Shown piece by piece: positions 12,811 to 23,932 of a stretch of 64,000 nt of DNA. A program made the translations under genes and the position numbers. The notes below the pieces were generated by a model. It was not told the DNA's origin, searched no databases, and saw nothing but the letters and a program-made list of their open reading frames with translations. The first letter of the stretch is position 1; each line of letters begins with the position of its first letter. Source of the stretch: Octopus vulgaris (lineage: Eukaryota); contig OX597839.1 of NCBI GenBank assembly GCA_951406725.2, forward strand, positions 5,952,001 through 6,016,000. The letters run 5' to 3'.

Positions 12811-14356
12811 TATTGATTGGTGACAAGAGTAGGTGGATGGAATTGGCAAGAATTGGCAACAGAACTCAGACAATACAACCGAAATTAAGACAATTCTGTT
12901 GCTCTCCTACGCAACTCACCGTCATCTCTCTCTCTCTCTCTCTCCCTGTCTGTCTGTCTCTCTCTCTCTCACACACAAACACATACACGGAGCTTGTATT
13001 CCTTTTCTGGTTTATATTTCTGTCAACAGCTTTACATTTCTACTTTTTTTCCTTTTAGCAGATTCTGTTGTGCTTTTCTTCATCTCATCCTCTCCATCTT
13101 TCTCTCATACATACACTACATGACATCTATGTCTGTCTCTCTCACACTTTCACACACTACACCTCTCTCTCTCTCTATCTATCATACCATGTATGTCTCT
13201 ATCTCTCTGTATCCCACGTGTTATCCTTTTCTCTCTATCACATACTTCATTTCTCTCTCTCTCTCTCCCCCCTACTTATTTATTTCTCCTTGTCACACAG
13301 TGTCTCTCTATTTTATTTACCCCTTCTAGTCTCTTTCTCTCCTTTTCCTTTCCTACTTCATCTCTGCTTGTCTCTCTGACCCCTTCTGCCAGTCTCTTTC
13401 TCCCACATATATCCTTGTGTCCATCACTTCCCGTCTTTTTTTCCAATCTCTCTCTCGCTCTCCTTCCTACCCGCATTTGCTTTCTTATTTTATCTGTCTC
13501 TCTCTCTCTACCACTTTCTGTCTTTCTCTCTCTCTACCCCACTATCCACCTCGCTCTCTCTCACTCTCACAAACCCTTAAGTTCTCTACCCAACATATCC
13601 ATCTCTGCCTCACACATGTACATACAGTCTCTCCCTCCCTTTCTCTCACCACTCTCTCTCTCCCTCAAATTCTCACTTTATGCTAATATCACTGTTTCAT
13701 TTTGACCCCTGTCCATTTCGCCCCCCCCCCCCTCTTTTCTCCACACCCTAAATTCTAACATAAACAACTCTTCACCCACTCTTTATTTAACACCTCATAT
13801 TTAATACCCCTTCAGTAGGCCCTCTCCCCACTTTTTCTCCCCTCCCCCGGTCTTACCCTGAAACATTTACAGTCTCTACCCTCTCGCCACCCTTTTCACT
13901 CCGACCCCTACCCCGAAACTCAACCATCCTAAATCTCTTACTCCAAGTCTCGATGGACCTCACATCCATTCCTCACCTTCATCTTGTACAAATCGCCACC
14001 CCACCCCACCCCGCCATCAATGGTTCTTCTATCTCTCTGCAATATCTCTGACAACTGCCTTACACCGACCCCCCCCCTAACTCTTCTACCGTTCGTTCAA
14101 CCTTTTCTCTCCCCCCCCCCGCATTCCCCACCACCACCAACAGCCCTTTCCACTCCATCATCATCCGCCAATTCCATCCACAGTCTCCCAGACTACCAGA
14201 CAATGGTACAAGATAACATGCCAGGAGCAAACTGAAGACAATTCCTCGTTTATTTAATTTCAAAAAAATCATTCACATCATTGAATTACGTTAGTTCATT
14301 GATGGCAGCCTGTATGTATGTATGTGTGTATGTATATATGGCAGCCTGTATGTATG

Positions 14357-14387
<31 letters not shown>

Positions 14388-14792
14388 GTATGTATATATA
14401 TGTATATATATATATATGTATGTATGTATATATGGCAGCCTGTATGTATGTATGTATGTATGTATGTATGTATATATATATATGTGTGTGTGTGCATATA
14501 TATGCCAGTGTCTCTCATATACACACATGTATGCATGTAGGTCTCTCTCTCTCTCTCTACACACATATTTACACTCAGCTACACACAAGTGTGTGTATGA
14601 ATATATACATGTATATGTACTTATGTATAAAAGTGTGTGTATATGCCAGTCTGTCTCTTTTTGTCATACTCTTGTGTGTATATATGAATTCGTCAATTTC
14701 TCATTGTGTGGATGGGGATATACATACATACATATATATATACATATATAAATACACATGTGCGTATATGTGAGTCCTTCTCTTTGTGTGTG

Positions 14793-14825
<33 letters not shown>

Positions 14826-14930
14826 ATATATACGTGTGTGTGTGGATGTATGTAGCTTTGCACATTCTTTACTGCAGCATTAAATTTGTTCCTGAATTTG
14901 CCAGTTTGTTTTGTGTCAATAACACTACAC

Positions 14931-14961
<31 letters not shown>

Positions 14962-15764
14962 AACATGTAAATAGAAGAACCAAAAGATTTTTCCAATTTT
15001 CCAACAGCTATTCCAACCTCACCACCAATCGTACACACACACAGACCCGCACGACCGGCAAACACATACATGACACTAATTACACGAACATAATACACAT
15101 ACATACGCACACACACACACACACACACACATCTGCAATTATACACATGCAAAGAAACATACACTGAACAACCATACACACATACATGTTCACATACAAT
15201 GACATTTGTGTGTATGTGTGTATATATATATATATAGGTAGAGACGGACACACTGACACACACACACTGTGACAAACACATACAGATAAACATTTAAGTA
15301 TAAACATTTTTTTTCAATTTTCCAAATGCCTTCCTTCTCTCTAGCTCTTGTCTTCTCTCGTGGTTTCCCTGCCTCCTTCCATATATATTATATACACACA
15401 TAAGTGCCACCATTTCCCAGGTTATCTACTTCACTAATTTAACTAAATACTCGTATTTCACATAAAATATATTTATTTATTCATATTTTTCTTTCATTCA
15501 TTTTATCATTTTTCCAGATTTTCTTCCATTTGCCCCAATTTTTTTCTTCTCAGTTACACATGCATATCTATTGTACATGTATATATGTAAGTATATATGT
15601 GTATGTTCATACATACACATTTATGTATATATCTATGCGTATGCGTATGTATATGTGCATATTTGTATATGTATGTATGTATATATATATAGATAGATAG
15701 ATAGATAGACACACACATACACATAATTTGTAATAGTAATATTTTGAAATAATTTAGTACATAC

Positions 15765-15773
15765 GTTTCGGGT
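15765..15773 (-). CDS. Candidate 9-nt kinase-insert microexon (phase 1-1), (N)PK(R)
   Basis: atgcatttccttttatattctacacag|ACCCGAAAC|gtatgt. Confidence 0.55.
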
Positions 15774-16005
15774 CTGTGTAGAATATAAAAGGAAATGCAT
15801 CTGTTATGTAATATCTTCCTCAGTTAAAAATTTCAAATTATCACAACTTCTATGACTCAATGCCAATACAAACTGGCCAGTTCAGACTTCACTTACGCAA
15901 ATATTCCAACAATGATTTAGAGTAATTTGCTATATTTGACTTAAATCAAAAATTCTGGTACCATGCACTGCTGCTTAGCATAACACAAAAAATATATATA
16001 TATAT

Positions 16006-16365
16006 ATCATCATCATTGTTCAACATCTGCTTTCCATGCTAGCATGGGTTGGATGAATGACTGAGGGCTGGCGAACCAGATGGCTGTACCAAGCCTCAAT
16101 CTTGATCCGGCAGAGTTTCTACTGCTGGATGCCCTTCCTAATGCCAATCACTCCGAGAGTGTAGTGGGTGATTTTACATGCCACTGACACGGGGCCAGTC
16201 AGGTGGTACTGGCAGCGACCTCACTCGAATTTTTTACACATGCCACCAGCACAGGTGCCAGCAAGGCGATGCTGGTAATGATCACACTCGAATGATGTCT
16301 TTTACGTGCCACCGGCACGGAGGGAAGATACCTGCTCTGGCAACGATCATGCACGGATGGTGCTA
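16006..16365 (-). mobile_element. Repeat family B
   Basis: Same subfamily as 2257 and 19850. Confidence 0.86.
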
Positions 16366-17190
16366 TATATAGAGATATATAGGGATTAATAAATCTAGGT
16401 AGATATCTATAGGGCACACAATTTCGTAAACTACATTAAACAATCAGGATGCTAAATGATGATGATGATGATGACGATTCTTTGTAGTAAAAATGATGTA
16501 GTTACTGAATGGCCTAATACTGGCACACAGCACAGACTGTCATTACTAAACCAGTCTGCAAGGGGTTAACATGGTTCGAAGTTGTAAGCAAGTATTGTAT
16601 TTTGTGAACCCTGCTGTGATGAGAAATTCTGAGAGACAGACAGACAGAGAGTGAATGCATGTGAGGGTGTTTTGTTTTTAAGAATGGTGGGCACACCTAC
16701 TAAAAAAAGCACCATGGGGACAGAGTGAGAGAGACAGAGAAGGAGAGAGATGGGACAGAACAAGGTGGAGGTAGTGTTTTCCTATTTGGTCAGGTGGTGG
16801 AGGAGAAAGACAATAAAATACCCTTACCTTCCTCCTAAAACAATACTAAAATTAAGATAGTTTGAGGATAAGATACTGTGTTTAAGATGCAATAGCAATG
16901 ACACACAAATTACAATACCAACAAAAAACAACACTAATAGTGGCACCAGTTCCTATTATATCTGTGTGTGTATATGTGTGTATATGTGTATTTGTGAGTG
17001 TGGATAGATAGATAGATAGAGAGATAGATGTAAAATGGTGCAAGAGATCTTGTATTTCAAGAATGGAAAAGGGTTAAAAAAAAAAAAAAAAAGCAGGGTG
17101 GGTGATGAAGATAAAAATTTACAAAAAGCAAAGCATAAAAAAAAAACAAATGCTCCAGAGAAAAGCATGAAAAAACCCAAAAAAATCCAC

Positions 17191-17211
17191 CTTGACAGTT
17201 AAACATCCGAC
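17191..17211 (-). CDS. Candidate 21-nt kinase-insert microexon (phase 1-1), (S)RMFNCQ(G)
   Basis: cattcatttgttaag|GTCGGATGTTTAACTGTCAAG|gtggat; the AAG acceptor is weak. Confidence 0.28.
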
Positions 17212-18011
17212 CTTAACAAATGAATGTTGTATGAAATTAAATGATAAATGCTTGATAAAATTAATAGATAATTAGCTGATAAATAGAGCATGTTTGACAA
17301 TGAAGTGGTGGGGAGGCCATTTCACTCTGACGTTGAGGGTAGGGGTAAAGTGATTACCAAGAATGACAATGTGCATAAATATATATATACATAAATATAT
17401 ATGTGCGTGTGTATATATAGGCTTGTTCATTCATCATCCCAGTTAAAGATTAACATCGTTATCCAGTTTCCATCAATTTTTCATATAATTGCTTCTTTTC
17501 CAGTCGTAGTTTTTTTTTTTTTTTATATATTCAAATATATATATTTTTTTTTTAAAAATTTCTTCTGTTTTCTTATTTCTTCAATTTCTTGAAAAAATTC
17601 TTCTTTGTTTGCCTGCAATTGTACTCCCAATCACGACATTTCTTTCCTCTCTGCTTTCTGAGTGTCCTTTTAGCTACAGCTATCCATCTTCCTTGGAGTA
17701 AATTTTAAACTTCACTTCGCTCCGCTTGTCACCGGCAAATAACATCTTGTTTCCCTTGGGCAGTTGGAGGCATCATGTCCAGCTAAATTCCCCCATCAAA
17801 CCACATTATTATTATTAGGCAGACCATAAAATGGGATTTACGATATTGTAAGCAGCATTCTGGATTAACTTATCCTATACACACACACATAAATACAAGC
17901 CAGTGTATACATACATATATCTAAATACATATGCAAGTATGTATGTGTGTCTGTGTGTCTATATATATATATATGGTACACACACAGTCACATTTTGAAT
18001 GTATATATAAA

Positions 18012-18167
18012 TCATCATCATCATCATTTAACGTCCGTTTTCCATGCTAGCATGGGTTGGACGGTTCAACTGGGGTCTGGTGCAGCCTTCTGGCTTCCCA
18101 GACCCCAGTTGAACCGTCCAACCCATGCTAGAATGGAAAACGGACGTTAAATGATGATGAAGATGAT
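18012..18167. repeat. Near-perfect inverted repeat made of two family B tails (~68-bp arms, 17-nt loop)
   Basis: 18012-18080 is the reverse complement of 18098-18167 with ~2 mismatches. Confidence 0.92.
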
Positions 18168-18186
18168 ATATATATACATACATTCA

Positions 18187-18404
18187 AAATGTGACCACGT
18201 GTGTACCGTTGGCGATTTTTTTTTTTTTTTTTCCCCTCCGTCTTCCCTTCTCTGGATCTTTCCTTTTCCTATGTTTCTGACGAAGAGCTTCGCTTGAAAT
18301 GTAAAACCCTCCTTCTTCCCTTCTTTCCTGAGCGTCCAATAATACTATATTTGTTCCATGTCCTCGCGTTGTTGTGTTTTCTCTGGGTGTTTTCATGTTT
18401 GGAT

Positions 18405-18410
<6 letters not shown>
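18187..18410 (+). mobile_element. Hammerhead-bearing short repeat (Penelope-like terminus or retrozyme), inserted in a TA microsatellite
   Basis: Near-identical reverse-complement copy at ~47948-48150; both contain the HHR motif. Confidence 0.65.
18273..18307 (+). ncRNA. Minimal hammerhead motif, second copy of the 48040 family
   Basis: GUUU-CUGACGA-A-GAGC(UUC)GCUU-GAAA-UGU-A-AAAC. Confidence 0.55.
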
Positions 18411-18442
<32 letters not shown>

Positions 18443-18939
18443 TGTGTGAGTGTGTTGTGTGGGTGTGGGTGTGTTTCCGTATCACCATTTGACAATCGAG
18501 GTCGGTGTGCTTAAATCCCTATAACCTAGCAGCTCAGCAAAAGAGACTGATAGAATAAGTACTTGGCTTAACAAATAAGTTCTGGGATCAATTTGTTTAA
18601 CTTTAAAAAAAAATTTTTTTTAAGCGGTGCTCCAGCATGGCCACAGTCAAATGACTGAAACAAGTAAAAGAATGACAGAACAGATTCGATGCACAAATAA
18701 CAAACTTGTTTAATAAATATTGCTTTTAAAAAGCATAAACCCCAAAATTGGTCGTGGCGGTGGGGTGGGGAGTTGATGGTGGTGGGGTGGGAAGTCGATG
18801 GTGGTGGTATGGTTATGGTGATGATACTAGTCTCTGTTGTTAACGATGATGAGGAAACTGCTGATATTAAGTAGGATTAGAATGTGGTGTGCCATATATG
18901 GTGGCACAGTGCAGTGGCTACATCAAACACCTTACTTAC

Positions 18940-18975
18940 ATTCCGACTGATATGGCCATATGGAGAAATACTTCA
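18940..18975 (-). CDS. Candidate kinase-insert cassette exon (36 nt, phase 1-1), (M)KYFSIWPYQSE(C)
   Basis: ttttattccgttactgtttatttctag|TG...AAT|gtaagt; open in the kinase frame. Confidence 0.62.
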
Positions 18976-19317
18976 CTAGAAATAAACAGTAACGGAATAA
19001 AAAAAATGGAATAAATAAACAAAATTACATTTTAAAAAAAATATCTTTCCAAACATAAATATATTAAACCACATTTTTATCTATCTATCTATCTATCTAT
19101 CTAACTATCTATATATATATATACCGGAGTAAACACATAAATGTGAAACAAGGTGGTAAAAAAGAGTACTCAAATACCAGTGGTAGAGTAATATGCAAAA
19201 ACTGTCTGACGAACGGGAACATGAAACTGAGAGTAACAGGTTTTGTTGAATTTTCTGCTGCTTTCAATAAAGTATCTATCTATCTATACATACATATAAA
19301 TATATACATACATATAC

Positions 19318-19353
<36 letters not shown>

Positions 19354-19450
19354 ATACACATATATATACACAGATCGCCATGTTGATTCGTTAGCTACTG
19401 CACGCATTTTTTTTCTCTCCTTCTTTCTGTGTTTTTTTTCTCTCTGTGTA

Positions 19451-19488
19451 TCTTTCTGTTGAAGAGTGTAGGCTCGAAACGTTAAAGA
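19451..19488 (+). ncRNA. Degenerate minimal hammerhead motif
   Basis: UCUUU-CUGUUGA-A-GAGU(GUAG)GCUC-GAAA-CGU-U-AAAGA; one core substitution. Confidence 0.45.
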
Positions 19489-19849
19489 CTTGTTTTATTT
19501 ATATTTCCTGAGCGCCATACTAATACAATTGTTCGTTTGTTTTCCACCTGCCTTCGTCTTTTGTCTATTTTCATAAAGCTTCCTGTTATATATATGCATA
19601 CATACATACATATATACATATACATATATATACATACATACATGCATGCATATATATATATATAAAATGGGCTTTTACATGGCTTCCTTTTCCAAAATTT
19701 TACTGATAAGATACTAATTGCTAGTTGGGACATTATTTCGTTTTGAAGCCATTATATACTGCAAAGTATATCAAAGGTTTATTAGTCATATTATAGCAGC
19801 AAAATTAAATGTAGCGTTTCTACCAGCAATTAATATGTATCATTTGCGA

Positions 19850-20315
19850 GGACTGGCTTCTGTGCCAGTGGCACTTAAAGGGTACCGTTTGAGCGTGATC
19901 GTTACCAGCATCGCCTTACTGGCACTCATGCCCATGCTAGTAAGGTGCCAAGACCACCATCCGAGTGTGATTATTGCCAGAGCAGCCAACTGGCTTCCAT
20001 GCCAGTGGCACATAAAAGGGCACTATTCGAACGTGATCATTACCAATGTTGCCTTACTGGCACCTGTGCTGGTGGCATGTGTAAAAAGATTCGAGCGAGA
20101 TCGTTGCCAGTACCGCCTGACTGGCCCCCGTGCCGGTGGCACATAAAAGCACCCACTACACTCTCGGAGTGGTTGGCGTTAGGAAGGGCATCCAGCTGTA
20201 GAAACTCAGCCAAATCAAGATTAGAGCCTGGTGCAGCCACCTGGTTCACCAGCCCTCAGTCAAAATCGTCCAACCCATGCTAGCATGGAAAGCGGACGTT
20301 AAACAATGATGATGA
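19850..20315 (+). mobile_element. Repeat family B
   Basis: Internal modules, conserved block and tail. Confidence 0.88.
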
Positions 20316-20656
20316 ATAGCCTTATATCGCTAAACATAGTGACTATTTAAGCCATGCATTCATGGATAGTTAATGGACTGGACATGATACTGAAGAATAA
20401 GCAATAACTTCTGAAATATGAATATACACCTTTACCTATTTTTCTATCTTTGATCTCATTGTTTACGTAGATGTATTTGTATATGAAATGTCTTGACTTT
20501 CATTGCCTGCTCTGAATTCTATAGAATATCTGTAGATATAACATAAGAGCTACAAGACATTGGTTAGTTAACCTGAGGCTATTACATAAGTTACCAGTCT
20601 AAGGTAGAATGGTATGGAATTATATTTAAAACCAAGTAGCTGTAAATTAACCAATT

Positions 20657-21045
20657 AGGCGCAGGAGTGGCTGTGTGGTAAGTAGCTTGCTAACCAACCA
20701 CATGGTTCCGGGTTCAGTCCCACTGCGTGGCATCTTGGGCAAGTGTCTCTGCTATAGCCCCGGGCCGACCAATGCCTTGTGAGTGGATTTGGTAGACGGT
20801 AACTGAAAGAAGCCTGTCGTATATATGTATATATATATGTGTATGTGTGTGTGTTTGTACCCCTAGCATTGCTTGACAACCGATGCTGGTGTGTTTACGT
20901 CCCCGTACCACTTAGCGGTTCGGCAAAAGAGACCGATAGAATAAGTACTGGGCTTACAAAGAATAAGTCCCGGGGTCGATTTGCTCGACTAAAGGCGGTG
21001 CTCCAGCATGGCCGCAGTCAAATGACTGAAACAAGCAAAAGAGAG
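20657..21045 (+). mobile_element. SINE family A (tRNA-like head, cttgggcaagtg core, internal TA/TG microsatellite), full length
   Basis: More than ten copies in the window share the head aggcgcaggagtggctgtgtggtaag and/or the tail gcatggccgcagtcaaatgactgaaacaag. Confidence 0.9.
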
Positions 21046-21225
21046 TTAACCCTGTCTGCACTGATACCTTCAAAACCAAATGTTTCTCATATACACAAAA
21101 ACCAACATCCAATAAAGAAAAAAGAAACAAGGACAATAAACAACAATATAAATACAATAATGAAAGAACTTTCTTCCATTTGAACCCTTTTCTACGAAGT
21201 GAAAAATAATTAAACAGAAACTTAC

Positions 21226-21411
21226 TTTTAGTTACTACTCCTTCTAAGAAGATCACATTAGCATCTTCGAACTGACCCATAATACTAGCTTCTGTGAGGA
21301 AATCTAACCGATTCTTTTCTGTTGCTCCTGGTTTTAACGTTTTTATAGCGACCGTCATATCTTGACGACCAGGCACACGAAGTTTCCCCTTGCAAACGTC
21401 GCCGAATTCAC
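21226..21411 (-). CDS. Eph: Eph kinase exon, N-lobe (186 nt, phase 1-1)
   Basis: ttttccag|GT...AAAA|gtaagt; [62 protein letters not shown]. Confidence 0.97.
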
Positions 21412-21523
21412 CTGGAAAAGAAGAGTGAAAAAGTAAAGTTATTAAATTATCCATTTTCTTCATTCTTTTGCTTAATTTGTTTCACAGTAACCTGTCTGTG
21501 ACTGCCCTTGGTTCTAAAATACA

Positions 21524-21917
21524 TGATGGATGGAAGCACTCCATCGGTTACGACGACGAGGGTTCCGGTTGATCCGAATCAACAGAACAGCCTGCTCGTG
21601 AAATTAACGTGTAAGTGGCTGAGCACTCCACAGACACGTGTACCCTTAACGTAGTTCTCGGGGATATTCAGCGTGACACAGAAAGTGACAAGGCCGGCCC
21701 TTTGAAATACAGGTACAACAGAAACAGGAAGAAAGAGTGAGAGAAAGTTGTGGTGAAAGAGTACAGCAGGGATCACCACCATCCCCTGCCGGAACCTCGT
21801 GGAGCTTTTTAGGTGTTTTCGCTCAATAAACACTCACAACGCCCGGTCTGGGAATCGAAACCGCGATCCTATGATCGTGAGTCCGCTGCCCTAACCACTG
21901 GGCCATTGCGCCTCCAC
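21524..21917 (-). mobile_element. tRNA-derived SINE, C-type head with a different tail, ~48-bp TSD
   Basis: Head gtggaggcgcaatggcccagtggttagggcagcg on minus; direct repeat 21476-21523 / 21918-21966. Confidence 0.88.
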
Positions 21918-22049
21918 TTTGTTTCACAGTAACCTGTCTGTGACTGCACCTTGGTTCTAAAATACAAACTTCTTGTTCTAAAGTGATTTAACTTTCAAAC
22001 TTCCATCAAAATTCCTAGTTCATTTATATTCTAAACTGAGATCTGATCT

Positions 22050-22394
22050 GAGACCCCCTTCGGTCATGACACTGACCATGGGATTGCACCTAGAAAGTTA
22101 CCCTCTGAGGCACAAGTCTGGGCAAGGTTGTTTTTTTATGGAAGACCAGCAGTCGCCCATGCATACTGGCCTCCCTTCTCCACACCACCAGTGTTATCCA
22201 AGGGAAAGGCAAAGAGGCCGATATAACTTGGCACCTGTGACATCGCAACTCATTTCTACAGCTGAGTGAACTGGAGCAACGTGAAATAAAGTGTCTTGCT
22301 CAAGAACACAACACGCAGCCCGGTTTGGGATTCGAGCTCACAACCTCACGATCGTAAGCTCGATGCTCTAACCACTGAGCCATGTGCCTTCACA
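22050..22394 (-). mobile_element. tRNA-derived SINE, family F
   Basis: Minus-strand head gtgaaggcacatggctcagtggttagagcatcg...ctcgaatccc, then gtgttcttgagcaagacacttt core. Confidence 0.8.
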
Positions 22395-23150
22395 TATTCC
22401 AAACACCAGCTTGATAATAAGATTCTTTTACTAAATTCTTCATTATCTTCGAAATTAATTTGAACAAAGGCAGTATAATTCAATTGAGACATAATGATAA
22501 AAAGTGAGAAGAAATATGTCTGCGTGTGTATGCATGTGTGTATATTATATCAGAGCTATTGAAAATTGGATTTTTGAACATCAAACTAGATATAATTAAG
22601 TTATTTGTGTTTAATTGTGCAGTATATTTTCTTTTTTATATTCATTATTTAATTTTTAATAATTATAATAGATCCAATGTAATCCAATCCTTTAAATTAT
22701 AATCTGTATCAGTGTGGTAATCCAATGAAAAAATCAGAAACATACAAAAAAAAGAAAACAGTATGATGTGTGATGTTTCAGACAGTGGTCTTTTGTCATA
22801 AGATGAAAATTAAGAAAAAAAAAACAAAAGGAACATTTTGCATTATATACAACCACCTTCAGCAGTACTATTGCTACTACTATTGCAAATCAATTTTTTC
22901 CTAGCTCAGAGGTAAGAAATTTGGGTAGAAGTTCATTCAACAGACCCCAGTATTTGACTGGTATTTATTTGATCAGCTTCAAAAGCATTAAGTTTGACAG
23001 AATAGTCTGAATGCTAAATGGTTAAACATTTAATGGTTATGGCAGTGGATAGGACACCAGAATAAAATAGCAAACCAAAAGGGTGCATAGGTACAAAATG
23101 GTCAAGAATCAATGGCTGGTACCTATTGTGTTATTTCAGAGTAATATAAT

Positions 23151-23735
23151 AGGTGTAGGAGTGGCTGTGTGGTAAGTAGCTAGTTTATGAACCACATGGT
23201 TCCAGGTTCAGTCCCACTGCATGGCACCTTGGGCAAGTGTCTTCTACTATAGCCTCGGGTCGACCAAAGCCTTGTGAGTGGATTTGGTAGACAGAAACTG
23301 AAAGCAGTCCGTCGTATATATGTATATATATATATATGAGTGGCTGTGTGGTAAGTAGCTTGTTTACCAAACACATGGTTCCAGGTTTAGTCCCACTGCG
23401 TGGCACCTTGGGCAAGTGTCTTCTACTATAGCCTCGGGTTGACCAAAGCCTTGTGAGTGGATTTGGTTGACAGAAACTGAAAGAAGCCTGTCGTATATAT
23501 GTATATATATATGTGTGTGTGTATATGTTTGTGTGTCTGTGTTTGTCCCCCCAACATCGCTTGACAACCGATGCTGGTGTGTTTACTTCACCGTATCTTA
23601 GCGGTTCGGCAAAAACGACCAATAGAATAAGTACTAGGTTTACAAAGAATAAGTCCTGGGGTAGATTTGCTCGACTAAAGGCGGTGCTCCAGCATGGCCA
23701 CAGTCAAATGACTGAAACAAGTAAAAGAGTAAAAG
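23151..23735 (+). mobile_element. SINE family A with tandemly duplicated 5' half
   Basis: Head through microsatellite at 23151-23336, repeated from 23338, followed by one tail. Confidence 0.88.
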
Positions 23736-23788
23736 TGCAATGGATCAAAACACAAATGGAAAATTAAAAGTTTGTATTTTGTCCTTAC

Positions 23789-23932
23789 CTCCTCCAAGAA
23801 CTGACTCAATAGTAATATGTGAGGAGTCAATTTCTCTGGTGAACTCCCTGACAGCTTGGTTAGGGTCTTCATAAGTATGTGGGTCTATGTACGACTTGAT
23901 AGAGCCTGGGGGTTGAAATAGAGGCACGGTCA
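23789..23932 (-). CDS. Eph: Eph exon: juxtamembrane tyrosines to Gly-loop (144 nt, phase 1-1)
   Basis: ttttcag|TG...GGAG|gtaagg; encodes [49 protein letters not shown]. Confidence 0.96.

Noticed and set aside
17600-17875. Complex unique sequence that might be a nested gene exon
   Set aside because: No sustained ORF or paired splice sites on either strand; may be regulatory but unsupported.
19200-19230. CTGACGA...GAAAC hammerhead-like core
   Set aside because: No convincing stem II, or stem I/III pairing.
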